From Gemmatimonadaceae bacterium (GTDB lineage: Bacteria > Gemmatimonadota > Gemmatimonadetes > Gemmatimonadales > Gemmatimonadaceae), in NCBI GenBank assembly GCA_035310785.1, contig DATGDQ010000287.1, positions 1 to 32,394 of the forward strand: a DNA stretch of 32,394 bases, read 5' to 3'. A program made the translations under genes and the position numbers. This document shows positions 1 through 7,260 of the stretch, in pieces (position 1 is the stretch's first letter; every line of letters starts with the position of its first letter). Under the pieces are notes generated by a model that was given only the letters and a program-made list of their open reading frames with translations, did not search any database and was not told the origin of the DNA.

Positions 1-224
1 GCCTGCACGCGCCGCGCGAACCGCTCCGCTCGTGCCTCGGTCGCACGTCGCTCGCCGCTTCGCTGCCCTGCACGCGCGTCGCGTGCAAGCCACTCGTGGA
101 ACTCGTCATTCGCCGCCGCAGGGTCGAGCCGATGCTCGCCGGCACGCGCCGCGAGTCGCGCCAGCTCGTCCATCTCACGCTCTCGCCGCTCCTGGCGATC
201 GCCTGCGTATTCAGTCGGTTCCAT
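1..224 (-). CDS. hypothetical protein, N-terminal fragment (gene runs off the left edge of the window); highly charged Arg/Glu/Ala-rich
   Basis: It is not in the ORF track because it is open-ended. The reverse-strand ATG at 224-222 follows AGGAGGAG (plus-strand ctcctcct, 228-235) with about 5 nt spacing from the GGAGG core. It reads MEPTEYAGDRQERREREMDELARLAARAGEHRLDPAAANDEFHEWLARDARAGQRSGERR... with no stop to position 1. Third codon positions are mostly G/C. The start overlaps the 3' end of the sigma-factor ORF (211-224) in another frame. Confidence 0.45.
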   Translation of the reverse strand, partial: MEPTEYAGDRQERREREMDELARLAARAGEHRLDPAAANDEFHEWLARDARAGQRSGERRATEARAERFARRVQ

Positions 225-1116
225 GTGCTCCTCCTGGTTCGGCCACGCGCGATTCGCGACAGGCCGCAATTCCACGGGCGTATCTCACTACCCCTCGCCC
301 GGCTCCGCCGCTCCGGCGAAAGAGCTCGACGAGCTCCTCGCGCTCCGTGCCGGTGCACTCGTTCACGTGGCGAAGCGCGCGCGTGCGCAGCCGGCTACGC
401 GTGCGCGAGAGCCGCACCTTTGCCGCCGAGTATCCGATGCCGAGCCACTTCGCGATCTCGCGCATCGGGACCGCATTGCTCACCCAGATCAGCATCTGCC
501 GTTCGTCCGTCGAAAGCTCCGCATCGAGCACAGAGGCCAGTCGCAGGATCGCCACAGACGGACCCTCAGAATCGCCGTTCGGCTCGCCGCCGCTCGCGCG
601 CACGGAGCTTTCCGAGCAGCTCGCGAGCGCCATCCGCTCTCCGGTTGCCTCGGCGCTCGAGGTCGCGCGAGCGTCGCGCCGCTCGCGCCGCTCGGCTGCT
701 CGCGCCGCATCCAGGAAGTGGTTCCGAAAGGCGCGCTGGATGTACGCGTGGATGTCGCGAACGATTTGCCGCTCGCGAAACGCCTCGCGGCCGCGCGAGG
801 CCGGATGCGTCTGTACCAGTGAGAGCACGACGTCGCTCAATACATCGTGCGCATCCTCCTCCCAGCTGTCCGACATCACTCCCGCACGCAATGCGTAACG
901 CGCCACGAGCGGCTCGAAGCGCGAGTAGAACTCGCGGAGCGCCTCGAAACTCCCCCCTCGCATCGCCGCGACGAGCTCTGCGTCCGTCGTCTCGTGCCAA
1001 CGCGCACGCTCGGGACGCCGCGCGTGGCGTGCTGCATCCAACCGATTCCGCTCGCTCAACGTCCCTCCTCCGCTCGCCACGCTCGCGCACGGTGCGCGTA
1101 CGTCGTCTCGCCACAC
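211..1116 (-). CDS. ECF-type (sigma-70 family) RNA polymerase sigma factor, atypical long linker and C-terminal extension
   Basis: The region-2-like segment is TDAELVAAMRGGSFEALREFYSRFEPLVARYALRAG...HDVLSDVVLSL...IHAYIQRAFRNHFLDAAR. The region-4 HTH is LSTDERQMLIWVSNAVPMREIAKWLGIGYSAAKVRLSRTRSRLR. The tracked start at 1116 is a GTG with no obvious SD, so the true start is uncertain. About 70 aa of Ser/Glu/Arg-rich linker separates the two regions, and about 50 aa follow region 4. Confidence 0.75.
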   Translation of the reverse strand: MWRDDVRAPCASVASGGGTLSERNRLDAARHARRPERARWHETTDAELVAAMRGGSFEALREFYSRFEPLVARYALRAGVMSDSWEEDAHDVLSDVVLSLVQTHPASRGREAFRERQIVRDIHAYIQRAFRNHFLDAARAAERRERRDARATSSAEATGERMALASCSESSVRASGGEPNGDSEGPSVAILRLASVLDAELSTDERQMLIWVSNAVPMREIAKWLGIGYSAAKVRLSRTRSRLRTRALRHVNECTGTEREELVELFRRSGGAGRGVVRYARGIAACRESRVAEPGGAHGTD

Positions 1117-1132
1117 TGAAGACGCCGGAGGG

Positions 1133-1750
1133 TTACATGACCGCGGTGCTCTCGCCGTGTTGGCGGCGGAGCCACGCGCGCAGCCGGCTCGCCATCCGCG
1201 CGAGATCCTCGCGCGCGGGCGGGTGCGCGAGCAGCCGCGCGCTCGTGCGCGCCGCTCGTGCGGGGCGCATCCCTGCCTGCCTGGCGAGAGCGAGCAGCGA
1301 GAGCGTGTCGCTGAGCGCGTCCGCGTGCGACTGGAGGAGCGGCGAGATGGGCGATGGCTGGATGCTGCGCTGGCGGGGAGCCGCGACGCGCAGCGGCGCC
1401 TGCCTCGCGCGCGAGACGCGCATCATCTCTTCCCTGCTCGGACGCTCGGCGCTCGCCGTGAAGCCGAGATTCGCGAGCGCGCGCCCGATGGCTGAGGTCT
1501 CGGTATTCTCGAGACACGCGACGGCGTTCACGTCGCCATCGCCTTCGCGCTCGAGCGCCCACCCCGTGGCGGCGGGGTGCGCGTCTTCGGCTCCCCTGTA
1601 CACGCTCGCGCGGAAGATCACGGCGCGTGCGTCACGTTCGACGAGCGCGGTGATGATGCGCCCCGTGGGGTAGCGCTCGTAGAACAGCGTGATTCGGCGC
1701 GCGACCGGCGCATAGCGCTCGAGGTCGAACCCGATTTCGGCTTTCGGCAT
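1133..1750 (-). CDS. hypothetical protein with Rad52/Sak/DdrA-like single-strand-annealing signature (function tentative)
   Basis: The tracked ORF 1133-1783 begins with TTG. An in-frame ATG at 1750 (MPKAEIGFDL...), preceded by GAGG about 9 nt upstream, is the more likely start. The segment ...AVIFRASVYRGAEDAHPAATGWALE...VNAVACLENTETSAIGRALANLGF matches the hairpin + T-[SD]-A-[IL]-x-R-A-L-x-x-[LF]-G helix of Rad52-family annealing proteins. The stop lies 17 nt upstream of the sigma-factor ORF start. Confidence 0.55.
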   Translation of the reverse strand: MPKAEIGFDLERYAPVARRITLFYERYPTGRIITALVERDARAVIFRASVYRGAEDAHPAATGWALEREGDGDVNAVACLENTETSAIGRALANLGFTASAERPSREEMMRVSRARQAPLRVAAPRQRSIQPSPISPLLQSHADALSDTLSLLALARQAGMRPARAARTSARLLAHPPAREDLARMASRLRAWLRRQHGESTAVM

Positions 1751-1797
1751 TGTGAACGGCCTCGCTCTGCTCGACTGATCCAACGGAAGAGCCGCAG

Positions 1798-1819
1798 GAT
1801 ATACCGAACAGATACCGAA
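1798..1819 (-). promoter_or_regulatory. direct repeat ATACCGAA x2 (11-nt period) within an AT-rich intergenic island upstream of the 1133-1750 operon
   Basis: The sequence is gatATACCGAAcagATACCGAAagc, with copies at 1801-1808 and 1812-1819. The surrounding 1784-1879 is visibly the most AT-rich stretch of the window. It sits between the stop of the ASST-like gene (1880) and the start of the SSAP-like gene. Confidence 0.3.
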
Positions 1820-1879
1820 AGCAATAGGAAGAAGATAAGTCTTTGTGTGACAATGGCTTATTGAGTTCGCTGCAGCGAT

Positions 1880-3331
1880 CTACGGGCGAACGTATTCGTA
1901 GAGCGACGCGATCTTCGTGAAGCGGTACGGGATCTGGACCGTCGGCACGTTCAGCGTTCCTTCCCATGCCGTCGTTCCGGCCGGCGTCACTTCGGATGCG
2001 ACCAGCGGGTTGCCGAAGGTCCAGCCGATGAAGGTGTTGCCATTCGCCAGACGTTGCACCGAGCCCGTGAATGACGTGTAGTAGGGCGGCGCGTGGGTGT
2101 ACGAGAATACCATCGTCGCCGTGTGCGCGTCGGTATTCAGCTGATACTCGACGGCGCGACTCGCCTGCGTGGCGTGCCGGGTGCCGTTGTCGAAGATGAG
2201 CAGGTTGCCGTCATCGAGACTGCGGACGCTGTGTTGAGCGCTGAAGCCGTTGAGCGGATCACCGGTGATCGCGAAATCGCTCGACAGCTTGGCGAACGGA
2301 CCGGCGAGCGTCCACGCGAGATTTCCCGTGGACGCATCGATCTTCGTGATCACATCGAGGTGTCGCCACGAGACGATGTAGTTGCCGTTCGAGTCGAACG
2401 AGAGCGCGTTCGGGTGATCGAAATCGAGCTGTCCCGGCACGGGCTCCACGTTGTCCGAGATGTCGAAGTGATTCCACGCATCGAACACCACGGTGTTCGT
2501 GCCATTCGCGTCCTGTTTGATCAGTTGATGGCCGGAAACCAGTGTGTCCGCGGCGCCGCCGTGCGCTGACTCGTCGAGATGCCGTGTGGTGTACGCAAAG
2601 AAGACCGCGCCCGCGTATGCACCATTCGGATCGGTGAGCTCCCAGAATTCGTGGCCATCCAGATACGACGATTCCGGCGCGGCGATCGTGCGCACGATAT
2701 TCCCGTCGGGAGCCATTGCCACCGCCTGCCCCTCTGCAGGCTCGCCGCCGTGTGAAGTGGTGAGCACGGCGGTGATGTCCCCATTCGTCTGCTGTTTGAC
2801 TTCCTGCGCCGGTACTGCTCCGGGAAGAGTGCGGTACCATGCCAGCTGCCCCAGGGAGTCGAAGGCAACCACGTGCGCGGCGGTGCCGTCGAAGATCGAG
2901 GTGAGGACGTAGCCACCGCTGGAAGGCGTCGCGCCCGCGAAGGAGGAGGAGGCGAGAAACGTCGGCAGCGTGTCGGTGGCGAAGGTGACCGTATCGGACG
3001 TGCGCTGCGCCTTACTGTTCAGCGCCTGGACGGCGAAGCTGTACTGCGTGCCGGGCCGAAGCCCAAGCACCAGCAGGCGGCCCGCGCTCAGGTCCTTCGT
3101 GAATGGTGTGTATCGATTCGCGTTGCTGCTCGACCAGTACACGACGCGCGCCGAGTCGACGTTGTTGGCCTCCAGTGTCAGGATCGCGGACAGCGCGTTG
3201 TTGACGTTGCGAGTGACGGCAAGATTGGAGATCCTGGGCAGAGTCGGCAGCACGTTCGTGCCACTGTCATCACCGCACGCCGCGAGCAGCCCGGCGAGTG
3301 CCGCCATGCCGATGGCGCGTGTCTTGTTCAC
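1880..3331 (-). CDS. arylsulfotransferase (ASST)-family beta-propeller lipoprotein with N-terminal FN3-like domain
   Basis: The GTG start at 3331 follows GGAGGA 5 nt upstream. The signal/lipobox is MNKTRAIGMAALAGLLAAC-GDDS. An FN3-like stretch reads LRPGTQYSFAVQALN. An ASST-like block reads FDHPNALSFDSNGNYIVSWRHLDVITKIDASTGNLAWTLAG...FSAQHSVRSLDDGNLLIFDNG. Confidence 0.65.
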   Translation of the reverse strand: MNKTRAIGMAALAGLLAACGDDSGTNVLPTLPRISNLAVTRNVNNALSAILTLEANNVDSARVVYWSSSNANRYTPFTKDLSAGRLLVLGLRPGTQYSFAVQALNSKAQRTSDTVTFATDTLPTFLASSSFAGATPSSGGYVLTSIFDGTAAHVVAFDSLGQLAWYRTLPGAVPAQEVKQQTNGDITAVLTTSHGGEPAEGQAVAMAPDGNIVRTIAAPESSYLDGHEFWELTDPNGAYAGAVFFAYTTRHLDESAHGGAADTLVSGHQLIKQDANGTNTVVFDAWNHFDISDNVEPVPGQLDFDHPNALSFDSNGNYIVSWRHLDVITKIDASTGNLAWTLAGPFAKLSSDFAITGDPLNGFSAQHSVRSLDDGNLLIFDNGTRHATQASRAVEYQLNTDAHTATMVFSYTHAPPYYTSFTGSVQRLANGNTFIGWTFGNPLVASEVTPAGTTAWEGTLNVPTVQIPYRFTKIASLYEYVRP

Positions 3332-3512
3332 GGTCGTCCTCCGAGAGTGCTATCGCCAGGGCGCGCGAAGTCGTACGTGCGCTCATGAACAGTCGCGCGA
3401 CGTCGTGCCCGCTAAGCAAGTTGTCTTTGCGCGAGTGCGAAAATCGTGCGCAACTGGAAACGGGAACACGATCGCATTGCGGGTCTCCGGATCCGTTGAC
3501 ACGCGGCGCTGA

Positions 3513-4409
3513 CTACTTCTTCGATGCCATACCACGGAGGAGCTTCATCATCTTGACGTCGTAGGGATCAGGCGTCGGATCGTCATCGGCTATCTCGAAG
3601 TTGGCCTGCGGCGTCTCGAGTATCAGTGGCACCTTCTTCGCCCGCTTGTCGGCGAGCAGCCATCCGAACGGATCCTTGCCGATGCCCCCGTCTCCGATGA
3701 GCACGTGGCGGTCCTTGTTGGAGCCGAGCGCCCCCTCGCTGTCGTTCAGATGAAAGAATGACGGTGGCGCTCCGGCCGCCTCCTCGAACTCGTCGAGAAT
3801 CTTCGTGAACGCAGCGCGGGAGACGGTGATGTCGTGGCCGGCCGCGAAGAGATGACACGTGTCGAGCCCGTAGCCCGTTCGCTCGCGCAACGATGCGGGC
3901 ACATCCTCGAGCATCATCCCGATCTCCTCGGCTGTGCGGCCCATGGTGAGCCCGGCACCCGCCGTGTTCTCGATCAACACCCGGGTGTTGCCCTGCACCG
4001 ATTCGAGCGCGTGCGTGATGGCCTTCGCCACCCGCTTGGCCGCCGATGCGCGATCGCCCCCGGTCGCCGCACCCGGATGAAAACAGATCTGTCCTACACC
4101 CAGCGTGGTCGAGCGCTCCAGCTCCTTCGCGAGCCCGTCGCGCGCGCGCTTCCACTTTTCCTCGTCGTTCGAGGCGGTGTTGAGCACGTAAGCCGAGTGC
4201 ACCACGACGTTCTCCGGTGCGATCCCCGCTTTCTTTAGCGCGGCCTTGAATCGCTCGACGCGCTCCGGCCGAATCGATTGCTTGTCCCCGTAATACTTCG
4301 GAATCGTCGTGAAGATCTGCATGGCGCTCATGCCCGCGTTGCCGGCGCGCAGGGCCGCCATGTCGATTCCCCCATTGTCGATCGTGTGTGCGCCGAGCAG
4401 TAATGGCAT
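3513..4409 (-). CDS. nfo: deoxyribonuclease IV / AP endonuclease family 2 (endonuclease IV)
   Basis: ATG at 4409. The full set of Nfo-like metal-ligand motifs appears in order: VVHSAYVLN, ICFHPGA, VLIENTAG, GLDTCHLFAAGHD, FFHLNDS, DRHVLIGDG, LILETP. Confidence 0.9.
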   Translation of the reverse strand: MPLLLGAHTIDNGGIDMAALRAGNAGMSAMQIFTTIPKYYGDKQSIRPERVERFKAALKKAGIAPENVVVHSAYVLNTASNDEEKWKRARDGLAKELERSTTLGVGQICFHPGAATGGDRASAAKRVAKAITHALESVQGNTRVLIENTAGAGLTMGRTAEEIGMMLEDVPASLRERTGYGLDTCHLFAAGHDITVSRAAFTKILDEFEEAAGAPPSFFHLNDSEGALGSNKDRHVLIGDGGIGKDPFGWLLADKRAKKVPLILETPQANFEIADDDPTPDPYDVKMMKLLRGMASKK

Positions 4410-4537
4410 GTGTGTCGGAGTGAGTTTGGAGCTTGCGTGTGACGGCGTGCGCCTTGCACCTTTTCAGATTCAGCATCGCGCTCCGCAGCCTCCGTTCGCC
4501 GGTGCGAGCGCCCCCTCTAGAATAGCGATTCGTCGTC

Positions 4538-6301
4538 ATGCCTGTCGCCGCCAAGATCGCCCCCGCCGCCCCGCCGGCACCGACCGCTCCCGTCACGCCG
4601 AGTGCACCAGCTTCCCAGCCGGAAGATCTCGACAGCCGTGCCCGCGGCGTCGGCACCGCGCACGGCGCCCTCCTCGGGTTCAGTGGCATTCGCAGGACGC
4701 CGCCCCCGGTGAACGAGCCGGTCCGAAGCTACGCGCCGGGCACGCCCGAGCGCGCCGAGCTCAAGGCGCGGCTCGACTCGATGGCGGCCGAGCAGATCGA
4801 CATTCCGGTCGTGGTGGATGGCCGCGAGATTCGCACGGGCGACACCGCGCAAATCGTGATGCCGCACGCGCACCACCACGTGCTCGCCACGTGGCACGCA
4901 GCCACCACCGAGCATGTCGCACAGGCAATCGAAGCCGCGGAACGGGCCCGCGCGGATTGGGGCAACTGGCCGTTCGAGGAGCGCGCGGGCGTGTTCCTCC
5001 GCGCGGCGGAGCTGCTGTCCACGCGGTGGCGCGCAACGCTCAATGCCGCCACGATGCTCGGCCAATCCAAGACCGCGTTCCAGGCCGAAGTGGATGCCGC
5101 GTGCGAGCTCGCGGACTTCTGGCGCTTCAACGTGCACTTCGCGGCCAATCTGTACGCGGACCAGCCAATCAGCGACAAGGGCATCTGGAATCAGACGGAC
5201 TATCGCCCGCTGGAGGGATTCATCTACGCGGTGACGCCGTTCAACTTCACGGCGATCGGCGGCAATCTTCCCACCGCGCCCGCACTCATGGGAAATACGG
5301 TGCTCTGGAAACCGTCGATGACGGCGATGCTGAGCGCTCACTACGTGATGCAGATTCTCACGGAGGCGGGGCTGCCGCCCGGCGTGATCAACTTCCTCCC
5401 GGGCGATCCCGTGGCGATCTCGAATGCGGCGCTCTCGCATCGCGACTTCGCCGGATTGCACTTCACCGGCAGCACCACCGTGTTCAACATGATGTGGAAG
5501 CAGATCGGCGCGAACACGGCCAACTATCGCACGTACCCGCGTATCGTCGGGGAAACGGGTGGAAAGGATTTCATCGTCGCGCACCCGAGCGCGGACGCGC
5601 AGGCGCTCGCGGTGGCGATCGTGCGCGGCGGATTCGAGTACCAGGGACAGAAATGCTCGGCCGCCAGCCGCATCTACGTGCCGCAATCGATGTGGAGCGA
5701 CGTGCGCGATCGTGTGATCGCGATGATGAACGAGATCAAGGTCGGCGACGTGCGCGACTTCCGAAACTTCATGGGCGCGGTGATCGACAAGCGTGCGTTC
5801 GAGAAGATCAGCGGCTATCTCGACGACGCGAGGAAGAACGCGAAGGTGCTCGCGGGCGGCACCGCGCGCGGGGACACCGGCTGGTTCATCGATCCGACCC
5901 TCGTCGAAGCGAAGGATCCGTCGTACCGCTTGATGTGCGAGGAGATCTTCGGGCCGGTCGTCACGGCCTACGCCTACCCCGATGCGAAGTACTCCGAGAT
6001 TCTCGACACCGTGAATCGCACCTCTCCGTACGCGCTCACGGGATCGATCTTCGCGCGGGACCGCGCGGCGGTGCACGAGGCGATGCTCACGCTTCGCGAT
6101 GCCGCAGGCAACTTCTACGTCAACGACAAGCCGACGGGTGCGGTGGTCGGGCAGCAGCCGTTCGGCGGCGCGCGCGCGTCCGGCACCAATGACAAGGCGG
6201 GCTCGATGCTCAACCTTGCGCGCTGGGTGAGCGCACGATCGGTGAAGGAGACGTTCGCGCCGCCGTACGATTTCAGGTATCCGTTCATGGGAGCGGAGTA
6301 G
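4538..6301 (+). CDS. pruA: L-glutamate gamma-semialdehyde (1-pyrroline-5-carboxylate) dehydrogenase
   Basis: Aldehyde dehydrogenase fold with P5CDH-type blocks: PPVNEPVRSYAPGTPER, VTPFNFTAIGGNL, WKPS, GETGGKDF, EYQGQKCSAASR, EEIFGPV, QQPFGGARASGTNDKAGS. About 45 aa of Pro/Ala-rich N-terminal extension follow the ATG at 4538, and I saw no in-frame alternative start before the conserved core. Confidence 0.9.
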   Translation: MPVAAKIAPAAPPAPTAPVTPSAPASQPEDLDSRARGVGTAHGALLGFSGIRRTPPPVNEPVRSYAPGTPERAELKARLDSMAAEQIDIPVVVDGREIRTGDTAQIVMPHAHHHVLATWHAATTEHVAQAIEAAERARADWGNWPFEERAGVFLRAAELLSTRWRATLNAATMLGQSKTAFQAEVDAACELADFWRFNVHFAANLYADQPISDKGIWNQTDYRPLEGFIYAVTPFNFTAIGGNLPTAPALMGNTVLWKPSMTAMLSAHYVMQILTEAGLPPGVINFLPGDPVAISNAALSHRDFAGLHFTGSTTVFNMMWKQIGANTANYRTYPRIVGETGGKDFIVAHPSADAQALAVAIVRGGFEYQGQKCSAASRIYVPQSMWSDVRDRVIAMMNEIKVGDVRDFRNFMGAVIDKRAFEKISGYLDDARKNAKVLAGGTARGDTGWFIDPTLVEAKDPSYRLMCEEIFGPVVTAYAYPDAKYSEILDTVNRTSPYALTGSIFARDRAAVHEAMLTLRDAAGNFYVNDKPTGAVVGQQPFGGARASGTNDKAGSMLNLARWVSARSVKETFAPPYDFRYPFMGAE

Positions 6302-6304
6302 GCG

Positions 6305-7246
6305 GTGACGACGAGCGCTCCGCGCACCGTGCGAGCCCGATATCACACGCTCGATGTATTCACGGATCGCGCGTTCGGCGGCAATCCGCTCGCGTTCTTC
6401 CCGGATGCCACGAGGATTCCGGAGGAGGCGCTGCAGAGCATCGCCCTCGAGATGAATCTTTCGGAAACCGTGTTCGTCTATCCGCCGCGTGATCCGAAGC
6501 ATACGCGCCGCGTGCGCATCTTCACGCCCGTATTGGAGATGCCATTCGCCGGCCATCCGACGGTCGGGTGTGCATTCGCGCTCGCGGCGCTCGGTGAGAT
6601 CCCGCTCGACGGCGAAACGCGTATCGTGCTCGAGGAAGGCGTGGGCCCGGTCCCCGTGCTGATACGGGGCGAGTTCAGGAAGCCCACGTTCGCGCAGCTG
6701 TCGGTGGCCAAGCTGCCCGAAGTGGGGCCGCCGCCACCGGGACGCTCGCATCTCGCCGAGATGCTGTCACTCGATCCCTCCGACCTGCTCGGGGGCATGA
6801 TGGCCCCACAGGCCGTCTCGTGCGGATTCCCGTTCCTGATGGTTCCGTTGCGCGACCTCGACGCGGTACGGCGCGCGCGCGTGCGCATGGATCAGTGGGA
6901 TTCCTCGCTCAAGGCGTACTGGGCCCAGGACATCATGGTGTTCGCCCGAGATCCGGAGCGGGAAGGCGTCATTCGCGTGCGCGTGTTCGTGCCTGGACAA
7001 GGGATCATCGAAGATCCGGCCACGGGCTCGGCGGCCGCTGCACTTGGTGGGTATCTCGCTGCACGCGAGAGCGCCGCGAACGGACAATTCAGCTTTCTGC
7101 TCGAGCAGGGATTCGAGATCAAGCGACCGAGCTTCATCGAGCTCGAGGTCGAGAAGAAGGACGGCGAGGTGAGCGCGGTGCGCGTGGGCGGTTCGGCCGT
7201 CATGGTGAGCGAGGCGATCATGGAGATTCCGCTCCCGCTCGACTGA
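6305..7246 (+). CDS. PhzF-family isomerase-like protein
   Basis: The GTG at 6305 lies 3 nt after the pruA stop (tag, 6299-6301). Motifs seen are YHTLDVFTDRAFGGNPLAFF, the catalytic-Glu motif MNLSETVFVYPP, FTPVLEMPFAGHPTVG and EDPATGSAAAALGGYL. Confidence 0.85.
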   Translation: MTTSAPRTVRARYHTLDVFTDRAFGGNPLAFFPDATRIPEEALQSIALEMNLSETVFVYPPRDPKHTRRVRIFTPVLEMPFAGHPTVGCAFALAALGEIPLDGETRIVLEEGVGPVPVLIRGEFRKPTFAQLSVAKLPEVGPPPPGRSHLAEMLSLDPSDLLGGMMAPQAVSCGFPFLMVPLRDLDAVRRARVRMDQWDSSLKAYWAQDIMVFARDPEREGVIRVRVFVPGQGIIEDPATGSAAAALGGYLAARESAANGQFSFLLEQGFEIKRPSFIELEVEKKDGEVSAVRVGGSAVMVSEAIMEIPLPLD

Positions 7247-7260
7247 AGCCTGCCGCGCCG

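Noticed and set aside
32-1673. Plus-strand ORFs 32-898 (288 aa), 96-1673 (525 aa) and 223-822
   Set aside because: They are Arg/Ser/Ala/Pro-rich low-complexity translations antisense to the sigma-factor and SSAP-like genes, which have recognisable motifs and gene starts.
3400-3470. TTGCGC...GCGCAA inverted repeat and GTGCG direct repeats upstream of the ASST-like gene
   Set aside because: The arms are only 6 bp and made of GC-rich words that recur by chance, with no associated regulator gene. I noted it but could not distinguish it from background.
3583-4689. 368-aa minus-strand ORF overlapping nfo
   Set aside because: It is an alternative frame of the endonuclease IV gene. The translation is Arg/Gly/Ala-rich, and the nfo frame carries all conserved metal-ligand motifs.
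4517-6751. 744-aa ORF on the minus strand
   Set aside because: It lies exactly antisense to the clearly homologous pruA and PhzF genes. The translation is Arg/Ala/Glu-rich with no motifs. This is the typical mirror-frame open reading of high-GC DNA.
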